From: the human T2T-CHM13v2.0 reference genome, Homo sapiens
Length of the DNA: 64,000 nt
Assembly (NCBI RefSeq): GCF_009914755.1
Contig: NC_060933.1
Direction: 5' to 3' (one strand)
The notes under the pieces were generated by a model. It saw nothing but the letters and a program-made list of their open reading frames with translations, made no database searches and was not told where the DNA came from. Shown here one piece after another: positions 1 through 11,083 of this stretch. The position numbers and the translations under genes are program-made. How positions within the stretch are numbered: position 1 is the stretch's first letter; every line of letters starts with the position of its first letter.

Positions 1-146
1 ATATAAAACCTAGAGAGAAGCATTCTCAGGAACTGCTTTGTGATGTTTGCATTCAAGTCACAGAACTGAACATTCCCTTTCATAGAGCAGGTTTGAAACA
101 CTCTTTCTGTAGTATCTGCAAGCTGACGTTTCAAGCGCTTTCAGGC

Positions 147-163
147 CTATGGTGAGAAAGGAA
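147..163 (+). promoter_or_regulatory. pJalpha/A-box-like motif (representative, A-type monomer)
   Basis: CTATGGTGAGAAAGGAA lies at the position homologous to the CENP-B box (exactly 171 bp upstream of 318). Variant CTATG(T/A)TGAAAAAGG(A/T)AA in S and Z monomers. Confidence 0.85.
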
Positions 164-317
164 ATATCTTCAAGTAAAAACTAGACAGAAGCATTCTCAG
201 AAACTTATTTGCGATGTGTGTTCTCAACTAACAGAGTTGAACCTTTGTTTTGATATGGCATTTTGGAAACACTCTTTTTGTAGAATCTGCAGGTGGATAT
301 TCGGATAGCTTTGAAGG

Positions 318-334
318 TTTCGTTGGAAACGGGA
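318..334 (+). promoter_or_regulatory. Canonical CENP-B box (representative, R-type monomer)
   Basis: TTTCGTTGGAAACGGGA matches YTTCGTTGGAARCGGGA. It recurs at 660, 998, 1340, 1678 etc. with alternating 342/338 bp spacing through the array. Confidence 0.97.
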
Positions 335-533
335 ATATCTTCATATAAAATCTAGACGGAAGCATTCTGAGAAACTGCTTTGTGATGTTTTCATTCAAGT
401 CACAGAGTAGAATGTTCCCTGTTATATACCAGGTTTGAGACACTCTTTCTGCACTACCTGGAAGTGGACATTTGCAGCGCTTTGAGGCCTATGATGAAAA
501 AGGAAATATCTTCCCATAAAAACTAGACAGAAG

Positions 534-1213
534 CATTCTCAGAAACTTGTTTGTGATGTGTGTATTCAACTAACAGAGATGAACCTTTCTTTTTACAGAG
601 CAGTTTTGAAACACTCTTTTTGTGGAATCTGAAAGTGGATATTTGGATAGCTTTGAGGATTTCGTTGGAAACGGGATTACATATAAAATCTAGGGAGAAG
701 CATTCTCAGGAACTTCTTTGTGATGTTTGCATTCAAGTCACAGAACTGAACATTCCCTTTCATAGAGCAGGTTTGAAACACTCTTTCTGTAGTATCTGCA
801 AGCGGACGTTTCAAACGCTTTCAGGCCTATGGTGAGAAAGGAAATATCTTCAAATAAAAACTAGACAGAAGCATTCTCAGAAACTTATTTGCGATGTGTG
901 TCCTCAACTAACAGAGTTGAACCTTTCTTTTGATACAACATTTTGGAAACACTCTTTTTGTAGAATCTGCAAGTGGATATTTGAATAGCTTTGAAGGTTT
1001 CGTTGGAAACGGGAATATCTTCATATAAAATCAAGACAGAAGCATTCTCAGAAACTTCTCTGTGATGTTTGCATTCAACTCATAGAGTTGAACACTTCCC
1101 TTCATACAGCAGGTTTGAAACACTCTTTTTGTAATATTTGGAAGTGGACATTTGCAGCGCTTTGAGGCCTATGATGAAAAAGGTAATATCTTCCCATAAA
1201 AACTAGACAGAAG
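534..1213 (+). repeat. 680-bp tetramer module P-Q-R2-S2 (flavour b), representative
   Basis: Monomer starts 534, 701, 872, 1043, next P at 1214. Markers GATACAACATTTT, AAATCAAGAC, CTCATAGAG. Confidence 0.93.
660..676 (+). promoter_or_regulatory. Canonical CENP-B box (representative, 167-bp P monomer)
   Basis: TTTCGTTGGAAACGGGA followed by TTACATATAAAA, 4 bp shorter than the ATATCTTCATATAAAA of R monomers. Confidence 0.96.
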
Positions 1214-2019
1214 CATTCTCAGAAACTTGTTTGTGATGTGTGTATTCAACTAACAGAGATGAACCTTTCTTTTTACAGAGCAGTTTTGAAACACTCTTTT
1301 TGTGGAATCTGAAAGTGGATATTTGGATAGCTTTGCGGATTTCGTTGGAAACGGGATTACATATAAAATCTAGGGAGAAGCATTCTCAGGAACTTCTTTG
1401 TGATGTTTGCATTCAAGTCACAGAACTGAACATTCCCTTTCATAGAGCAGGTTTGAAACACTCTTTCTGTAGTATCTGCAAGCGGACGTTTTAAGCGCTT
1501 TCAGGCCTGTGGTGAGAAAGGAAATATCTTCAAATAAAAACTAGACAGAAGCATTCTCAGAAACTTATTTGCGATGTGTGTCCTCAACTAACAGAGTTGA
1601 ACCTTTCTTTTGATACAACATTTTGGAAACACTCTTTTTGTAGAATCTGCAAGTGGATATTTGGATAGCTTTGAAGGTTTCGTTGGAAACGGGAATATCT
1701 TCATATGAAATCAAGACAGAAGCATTCTCAGAAACTTCTCTGTGATGTTTGCATTCAACTCATAGAGTTGAACACTTCCCTTCATACAGCAGGTTTGAAA
1801 CACTCTTTTTCTAATATTTGGAAGTGGACATTTGCAGCGCTTTGAGGCCTATGTTGAAAAAGGAAATATCTTCTCCTAAAAACCAGACAGAAGCATTCTC
1901 AGAAACTTCCTTGTGATGTGTGTACTCAAGTAACAGAGTTGAACCTTCCTTTTGACAGAGCAGTTTTGAAGCACTCTTTTTGTAGAATCTGCAAGTGGAT
2001 ATTTTGATACCTTTGAGGA

Positions 2020-2036
2020 TTTCGTTGGACACGGGA
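2020..2036 (+). promoter_or_regulatory. Variant CENP-B box in X monomer (core retained)
   Basis: TTTCGTTGGACACGGGA keeps the essential TTCG....A..CGGG core. Confidence 0.85.
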
Positions 2037-2189
2037 TATCTTCATATAAAATCTAGACAGAAGCATTCTCAGAAACTTCTTTGTGCTGTATGTCCTCAAT
2101 TAACAGAGTTGAACCTTTGTGTGGATACAGCATTTTGGAAACATTCCTTTAGTAGAATCTGCAAGTTGATATTTAGATAGCTAGGAAGA

Positions 2190-2206
2190 TTTCCTTGGAA
2201 ACGGGA
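2190..2206 (+). other. Degenerate CENP-B box in Y monomer
   Basis: TTTCCTTGGAAACGGGA: TTCG changed to TTCC in every Y monomer inspected. Confidence 0.9.
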
Positions 2207-2405
2207 ATATCTTCATATAAAATCTAGACGGAAGCATTCTCAGAAAGTGCTTTGTGATGTTTGCATTCAAGTCACAGAGTTGAATATTCCCTTTTATAGA
2301 GCAGGTTTGAAACACTCTTTCTGCACTACCTGGAAGTGGACATTTGGAGCGCTTTGAGGCCTATGTTGAAAAAGGAAATATCTTCCCATAAAAACTAGAC
2401 AGAAG

Positions 2406-3085
2406 CATTCTCAGAAACTTGTTTGTGATGTGTGTATTCAACTAACAGAGATGAACCTTTCTTTTTACAGAGCAGTTTTGAAACACTCTTTTTGTGGAAT
2501 CTGAAAGTGGATATTTGGATAGCTTTGAGGATTTCGTTGGAAACGGGATTACATATAAAACCTAGAGAGAAGCATTCTCAGGAACTTCTTTGTGATGTTT
2601 GCCTTCAAGTCACAGGACTGAACATTCCCTTTCATAGAGCAGGTTTGAAACACTCTTTCTGTAGTATCTGCAAGCTGACGTTTCAAGCGCTTTCAGGCCT
2701 ATGGTGAGAAAGGAAATATCTTCAAGTAAAAACTAGACAGAAGCATTCTCAGAAACTTATTTGCCATGTGTGTTCTCAACTAACAGAGTTGAACCTTTGT
2801 TTTGATACGGCATTTTGGAAACACTCTTTTTGTAGAATCTGCAGGTGGATATTCGGATAGCTTTGAAGGTTTCGTTGGAAACGGGAATATCTTCATATAA
2901 AATCTAGACGGAAGCATTCTCAGAAACTGCTTTGTGATGTTTTCATTCAAGTCACAGAGTAGAATGTTCCCTGTTATATACCAGGTTTGAGACACTCTTT
3001 CTGCACTACCTGGAAGTGGACGTTTGGAGCGCTTTGAGGCCTATGTTGAAAAAGGAAATATCTTCCCATAAAAACTAGACAGAAG
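2406..3085 (+). repeat. 680-bp tetramer module P-Q-R1-S1 (flavour a), representative
   Basis: Markers GATACGGCATTTT, GCAGGTGGATATTCGG, GTTTTCATTC, CTGTTATATACCAGG. Confidence 0.93.
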
Positions 3086-4445
3086 CATTCTCAGAAACTT
3101 GTTTGTGATGTGTGTATTCAACTAACAGAGATGAACCTTTCTTTTTACAGAGCAGTTTTGAAACACTCTTTTTGTGGAATCTGAAAGTGGATATTTGGAT
3201 AGCTTTGAGCATTTCGTTGGAAACGGGATTACATATAAAACCTAGAGAGAAGCATTCTCAGGAACTTCTTTGTGATGTTTGCATTCACGTCACAGAACTG
3301 AACATTCCCTTTCATAGAGCATGTTTGAAACACTCTTTCTGTAGTATCTGCAAACGGACATTTCAAACGCTTTCAGGCCTATGGTGAGAAAGGAAATATC
3401 TTCAAGTAAAAACTAGACAGAAGCATTCTCAGAAACTTATTTGCGATGTGTGTCCTCAACTAACAGAGTTGAACCTTTCTTTTGATACAACATTTTGGAA
3501 ACACTCTTTTTGTAGAATCTGCAAGTGGATATTTGAATAGCTTTGAAGGTTTCGTTGGAAACGGGAATATCTTCATATAAAATCAAGACAGAAGCATTCT
3601 CAGAAACTTCTCTGTGATGTTTGCATTCAACTCATAGAGTTGAACACTTCCCTTCATACAGCAGGTTTGAAACACTCTTTTTGTAATATTTGGAAGTGGA
3701 CATTTGCAGCGCTTTGAGGCCTATGATGAAAAAGGTAATATCTTCCCATAAAAACTAGACAGAAGCATTCTCAGAAACTTGTTTGTGATGTGTGTATTCA
3801 ACTAACAGAGATGAACCTTTCTTTTTACAGAGCAGTTTTGAAACACTCTTTTTGTGGAATCTGAAAGTGGATATTTGGATAGCTTTGCGGATTTCGTTGG
3901 AAACGGGATTACATATAAAATCTAGGGAGAAGCATTCTCAGGAACTTCTTTGTGATGTTTGCATTCAAGTCACAGAACTGAACATTCCCTTTCATAGAGC
4001 AGGTTTGAAACACTCTTTCTGTAGTATCTGCAAGCGGACGTTTTAAGCGCTTTCAGGCCTGTGGTGAGAAAGGAAATATCTTCAAATAAAAACTAGACAG
4101 AAGCATTCTCAGAAACTTATTTGCGATGTGTGTCCTCAACTAACAGAGTTGAACCTTTCTTTTGATACAACATTTTGGAAACACTCTTTTTGTAGAATCT
4201 GCAAGTGGATATTTGGATAGCTTTGAAGGTTTCGTTGGAAACGGGAATATCTTCATATGAAATCAAGACAGAAGCATTCTCAGAAACTTCTCTGTGATGT
4301 TTGCATTCAACTCATAGAGTTGAACACTTCCCTTCATACAGCAGGTTTGAAACACTCTTTTTCTAATATTTGGAAGTGGACATTTGCAGCGCTTTGAGGC
4401 CTATGTTGAAAAAGGAAATATCTTCTCCTAAAAACCAGACAGAAG

Positions 4446-6317
4446 CATTCTCAGAAACTTCCTTGTGATGTGTGTACTCAAGTAACAGAGTTGAACCTTC
4501 CTTTTGACAGAGCAGTTTTGAAGCACTCTTTTTGTAGAATCTGCAAGTGGATATTTTGATACCTTTGAGGATTTCGTTGGACACGGGATATCTTCATATA
4601 AAATCTAGACAGAAGCATTCTCAGAAACTTCTTTGTGCTGTATGTCCTCAATTAACAGAGTTGAACCTTTGTGTGGATACAGCATTTTGGAAACATTCCT
4701 TTAGTAGAATCTGCAAGTTGATATTTAGATAGCTAGGAAGATTTCCTTGGAAACGGGAATATCTTCATATAAAATCTAGACGGAAGCATTCTCAGAAAGT
4801 GCTTTGTGATGTTTGCATTCAAGTCACAGAGTTGAATATTCCCTTTTATAGAGTAGGTTTGAAACACTCTTTCTGCACTACCTGGAAGTGGACATTTGGA
4901 GCGCTTTGAGGCCTATGTTGAAAAAGGAAATATCTTCCCATAAAAACTAGACAGAAGCATTCTCAGAAACTTGTTTGTGATGTGTGTATTCAACTAACAG
5001 AGATGAACCTTTCTTTTTACAGAGCAGTTTTGAAACACTCTTTTTGTGGAATCTGAAAGTGTATATATGGATAGCTTTGAGGATTTCGTTGGAAACGGGA
5101 TTACATATAAAACCTAGAGAGAAGCATTCTCAGGAACTCCTTTGTGATGTTTGCCTTCAAGTCACAGGACTGAACATTCCCTTTCATAGAGCAGGTTTGA
5201 AACACTCTTTCTGTAGTATCTGCAAGCTGACGTTTCAAGCGCTTTCAGGCCTATGGTGAGAAAGGAAATATCTTCAAGTAAAAACTAGACAGAAGCATTC
5301 TCAGAAACTTATTTGCCATGTGTGTTCTCAACTAACAGAGTTGAACCTTTGTTTTGATACGGCATTTTGGAAACACTCTTTTTGTAGAATCTGCAGGTGG
5401 ATATACGGATAGCTTTGAAGGTTTCGTTGGAAACGGGAATATCTTCATATAAAGTCTAGACGGAAGCATTCTCAGAAACTGCTTTGTGATGTTTTCATTC
5501 AAGTCACAGAGTAGAATGTTCGCTGTTATATACCAGGTTTGAGACACTCTTTCTGCACTACCTGGAAGTGGACGTTTGGAGCGCTTTGAGGCCTATGTTG
5601 AAAAAGGAAATATCTTCCCATAAAAACTAGACAGAAGCATTTTCAGAAACTTGTTTGTGATGTGTGTATTCAACTAACAGAGATGAACCTTTCTTTTTAC
5701 AGAGCAGTTTTGAAACACTCTTTTTGTGGAATCTGAAAGTGGATATTTGGATAGCTTTGAGGATTTCGTTGGAAACGGGATTACATATAAAATCTAGAGA
5801 GAAGCATTCTCAGGAACTTCTTTGTGATGTTTGCATTCAAGTCACAGAACTGAACATTCCCTTTCATAGAGCATGTTTGAAACACTCTTTCTGTAGTATC
5901 TGCAAACGGACATTTCAAACGCTTTCAGGCCTATGGTGAGAAAGGAAATATCTTCAAATAAAAACTAGACAGAAGCATTCTCAGAAACTTATTTGCGATG
6001 TGTGTCCTCAACTAACAGAGTTGAACCTTTCTTTTGATACAACATTTTGGAAACACTCTTTTTGTAGAATCTGCAAGTGGATATTTGGATAGCTTTGAAG
6101 GTTTCGTTGGAAACGGGAATATCTTCATATGAAATCAAGACAGAAGCATTCTCAGAAACTTCTCTGTGATGTTTGCATTCAACTCATAGAGTTGAACACT
6201 TCCCTTCATACAGCAGGTTTGAAACACTCTTTTTCTAATATTTGGAAGTGGACTTTTGCAGCGCTTTGAGTCCTATGTTGAAAAAGGAAATATCTTCTCC
6301 TAAAAACCAGACAGAAG
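4446..6317 (+). repeat. 11-mer HOR (XYZ-a-b), 1872 bp
   Basis: X-to-X distance 4547 to 6419. Confidence 0.92.
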
Positions 6318-8531
6318 CATTCTCAGAAACTTCCTTGTGATGTGTGTACTCAAGTAACAGAGTTGAACCTTCCTTTTGACAGAGCAGTTTTGAAGCACTC
6401 TTTTTGTAGAATCTGCAAGTGGATATTTTGATACCTTTGAGGATTTCGTTGGACACGGGATATCTTCATATAAAATCTAGACAGAAGCATTCTCAGAAAC
6501 TTCTTTGTGCTGTATGTCCTCAATTAACAGAGTTGAACCTTTGTGTGGATACAGCATTTTGGAAACATTCCTTTAGTAGAATCTGCAAGTTGATATTTAG
6601 ATAGCTAGGAAGATTTCCTTGGAAACGGGAATATCTTCATATAAAATCTAGACGGAAGCATTCTCAGAAAGTGCTTTGTGATGTTTGCATTCAAGTCACA
6701 GAGTTGAATATTCCCTTTTATAGAGCAGGTTTGAAACACTCTTTCTGCACTACCTGGAAGTGGACATTTGGAGCGCTTTGAGGCCTATGTTGAAAAAGGA
6801 AATATCTTCCCATAAAAACTAGACAGAAGCATTCTCAGAAACTTGTTTGTGATGTGTGTATTCAACTAACAGAGATGAACCTTTCTTTTTACAGAGCAGT
6901 TTTGAAACACTCTTTTTGTGGAATCTGAAAGTGGATATTTGGATAGCTTTGAGGATTTCGTTGGAAACGGGATTACATATAAAACCTAGAGAGAAGCACT
7001 CTCAGGAACTTCTTTGTGATGTTTGCCTTCAAGTCACAGGACTGAACATTCCCTTTCATAGAGCAGGTTTGAAACACTCTTTCTGTAGTATCTGCAAGCT
7101 GACGTTTCAAGCGCTTTCAGGCCTATGGTGAGAAAGGAAATATCTTCAAGTAAAAACTAGACAGAAGCATTCTCAGAAACTTATTTGCCATGTGTGTTCT
7201 CAACTAACAGAGTTGAACCTTTGTTTTGATACGGCATTTTGGAAACACTCTTTTTGTAGAATCTGCAGGTGGATATTCGGATAGCATTGAAGGTTTCGTT
7301 GGAAACGGGAATATCTTCATATAAAATCTAGACGGAAGCATTCTCAGAAACTGCTTTGTGATGTTTTCATTCAAGTCACAGAGTAGAATGTTCCCTGTTA
7401 TATACCAGGTTTGAGACACTCTTTCTGCACTACCTGGAAGTGGACGTTTGGAGCGCTTTGAGGCCTATGTTGAAAAAGGAAATATCTTCCCATAAAAACT
7501 AGACAGAAGCATTCCCAGAAACTTGTTTGTGATGTGTGTATTCAACTAACAGAGATGAACCTTTCTTTTTACAGAGCAGTTTTGAAACACTCTTTTTGTA
7601 GAATCTGCAAGTGGATATTTGGATAGCTTTGAAGGTTTCGTTGGAAACGGGAATATCTTCATATAAAATCAAGACAGAAGCATTCTCAGAAACTTCTCTG
7701 TGATGTTTGCATTCAACTCATAGAGTTGAACACTTCCCTTCATACAGCAGGTTTGAAACACTCTTTTTGTAATATTTGGAATTGGACATTTGCAGCGCTT
7801 TGAGGCCTATGATGAAAAAGGTAATATCTTCCCATAAAAACTAGACAGAAGCATTCTCAGAAACTTGTTTGAGATGTGTGTATTCAACTAACAGAGATGA
7901 ACCTTTCTTTTTACAGAGCAGTTTTGAAACACTCTTTTTGTGGAATCTGAAAGTGGATATTTGGATAGCTTTGGGGATTTCGTTGGAAACGGGATTACAT
8001 ATAAAATCTAGGGAGAAGCATTCTCAGGAACTTCTTTGTGATGTTTGCATTCAAGTCACAGAACTGAACATTCCCTTTCATAGATCAGGTTTGAAACACT
8101 CTTTCTGTAGTATCTGCAAGCGGACGTTTTAAGCGCTTTCAGGCCTGTGGTGAGAAAGGAAATATCTTCAAATAAAAACTAGACAGAAGCATTCTCAGAA
8201 ACTTATTTGCGATGTGTGTCCTCAACTAACAGAGTTGAACCTTTCTTTTGATACAACATTTTGGAAACACTCTTTTTGTAGAATCTGCAAGTGGATATTT
8301 GGATAGCTTTGAAGGTTTCGTTGGAAACGGGAATATCTTCATATGAAATCAAGACAGAAGCATTCTCAGAAACTTCTCTGTGATGTTTGCATTCAACTCA
8401 TAGAGTTGAACACTTCCCTTCATACAGCAGGTTTGAAACACTCTTTTTCTAATATTTGGAAGTGGACATTTGCAGCGCTTTGAGGCCTATGTTGAAAAAG
8501 GAAACATCTTCTCCTAAAAACCAGACAGAAG
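6318..8531 (+). repeat. 13-mer HOR variant with P/R2 hybrid monomer, 2214 bp
   Basis: 2552 minus 338 bp; hybrid monomer at 7510-7680. Confidence 0.9.
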
Positions 8532-11083
8532 CATTCTCAGAAACTTCCTTGTGATGTGTGTACTCAAGTAACAGAGTTGAACCTTCCTTTTGACAGAGCA
8601 GTTTTGAAGCACTCTTTTTGTAGAATCTGCAAGTGGATATTTTGATACCTTTGAGGATTTCGTTGGACACGGGATATCTTCATATAAAATCTAGACAGAA
8701 GCATTCTCAGAAACTTCTTTGTGCTGTATGTCCTCAATTAACAGAGTTGAACCTTTGTGTGGATACAGCATTTTGGAAACATTCCTTTAGTAGAATCTGC
8801 AAGTTGATATTTAGATAGCTAGGAAGATTTCCTTGGAAACGGGAATATCTTCATATAAAATCTAGACGGAAGCATTCTCAGAAAGTGCTTTGTGATGTTT
8901 GCATTCAAGTCACAGAGTTGAATATTCCCTTTTATAGAGCAGGTTTGAAACACTCTTTCTGCACTACCTGGAAGTGGACATTTGGAGCGCTTTGAGGCCT
9001 ATGTTGAAAAAGGAAATATCTTCCCATAAAAACTAGACAGAAGCATTCTCAGAAACTTGTTTGTGATGTGTGTATTCAACTAACAGAGATGAACCTTTCT
9101 TTTTACAGAGCAGTTTTGAAACACTCTTTTTGTGGAATCTGAAAGTGGATATTTGGATAGCTTTGAGGATTTCGTTGGAAACGGGATTACATATAAAACC
9201 TAGAGAGAAGCATTCTCAGGAACTGCTTTGTGATGTTTGCATTCAAGTCACAGAACTGAACATTCCCTTTCATAGAGCAGGTTTGAAACACTCTTTCTGT
9301 AGTATCTGCAAGCTGACGTTTCAAGCGCTTTCAGGCCTATGGTGAGAAAGGAAATATCTTCAAGTAAAAACTAGACAGAAGCATTCTCAGAAACTTATTT
9401 GCGATGTGTGTTCTCAACTAACAGAGTTGAACCTTTGTTTTGATATGGCATTTTGGAAACACTCTTTTTGTAGAATCTGCAGGTGGATATTCGGATAGCT
9501 TTGAAGGTTTCGTTGGAAACGGGAATATCTTCATATAAAATCTAGACGGAAGCATTCTCAGAAACTGCTTTGTGATGTTTTCATTCAAGTCACAGAGTAG
9601 AATGTTCCCTGTTATATACCAGGTTTGAGACACTCTTTCTGCACTACCTGGAAGTGGATGTTTGGAGCGCTTTGAGGCCTATGTTGAAAAAGGAAATATC
9701 TTCCCATAAAAACTAGACAGAAGCATTCTCAGAAACTTGTTTGTGATGTGTGTATTCAACTAACAGAGATGAACCTTTCTTTTTACAGAGCAGTTTTGAA
9801 ACACTCTTTTTGTGGAATCTGAAAGTGGATATTTGGATAGCTTGGAGGATTTCGTTGGAAACGGGATTACATATAAAACCTAGAGAGAAGCATTCTCAGG
9901 AACTGCTTTGTGATGTTTGCATTCAAGTCACAGAACTGAACATTCCCTTTCATAGAGCAGGTTTGAAACACTCTTTCTGTAGTATCTGCAAGCTGACGTT
10001 TCAAGCGCTTTCAGGCCTATGGTGAGAAAGGAAATATCTTCAAGTAAAAACTAGACAGAAGCATTCTCAGAAACTTATTTGCCATGTGTGTTCTCAACTA
10101 ACAGAGTTGAACCTTTGTTTTGATATGGCATTTTGGAAACACTCTTTTTGTAGAATCTGCAGGTGGATATTCGGATAGATTTGAAGGTTTCGTTGGAAAC
10201 GGGAATATCTTCATATAAAATCTAGACGGAAGCATTCTCAGAAACTGCTTTGTGATGTTTTCATTCAAGTCACAGAGTAGAATGTTCCCTGTTATATACC
10301 AGGTTTGAGACACTCTTTCTGCACTACCTGGAAGTGGACATTTGCAGCGCTTTGAGGCCTATGATGAAAAAGGAAATATCTTCCCATAAAAACTAGACAG
10401 AAGCATTCTCAGAAACTTGTTTGTGATGTGTGTATTCAACTAACAGAGATGAACCTTTCTTTTTACAGAGCAGTTTTGAAACACTCTTTTTGTGGAATCT
10501 GAAAGTGGATATTTGGATAGCTTTGAGGATTTCGTTGGAAACGGGATTACATATAAAATCTAGAGAGAAGCATTCTCAGCAACTTCTTTGTGATGTTTGC
10601 ATTCACGTCACAGAACTGAACATTCCCTTTCATAGAGCATGTTTGAAACACTCTTTCTGTAGTATCTGCAAACGGACATTTCAAACGCTTTCAGGCCTAT
10701 GGTGAGAAAGGAAATATCTTCAAATAAAAACTAGACAGAAGCATTCTCAGAAACTTATTTGCGATGTGTGTCCTCAACTAACAGAGTTGAACCTTTCTTT
10801 TGATACAACATTTTGGAAACACTCTTTTTGTAGAATCTGCAAGTGGATATTTGAATAGCTTTGAAGGTTTCGTTGGAAACGGGAATATCTTCATATGAAA
10901 TCAAGACAGAAGCATTCTCAGAAACTTCTCTGTGATGTTTGCATTCAACTCATAGAGTTGAACACTTCCCTTCATACAGCAGGTTTGAAACACTCTTTTT
11001 CTAATATTTGGAAGTGGACATTTGCAGCGCTTTGAGGCCTATGTTGAAAAAGGAAATATCTTCTCCTAAAAACCAGACAGAAG
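8532..11083 (+). repeat. 15-mer HOR (XYZ-a-a-b), 2552 bp
   Basis: Two flavour-a tetramers (marker ORFs 9418, 10098), then one b. Confidence 0.9.

Larger units (their letters stand above)
1894..2405 (+). repeat. 512-bp trimer module X-Y-Z, representative
   Basis: Starts 1894 (CTTCCTTGTGA), 2064 (TTGTGCTGTATG), 2235 (AAAGTGCTTTG). It occurs once per HOR except in the 8-mers. Confidence 0.93.
1894..4445 (+). repeat. 15-mer HOR (XYZ-a-b-b), 2552 bp
   Basis: X-to-X distance (marker ORF starts 1995 to 4547). Confidence 0.92.

Noticed and set aside
680-690. TATA-like CATATAAAA motifs
   Set aside because: Part of the standard alphoid consensus after the CENP-B box; there is no independent evidence of promoter function.
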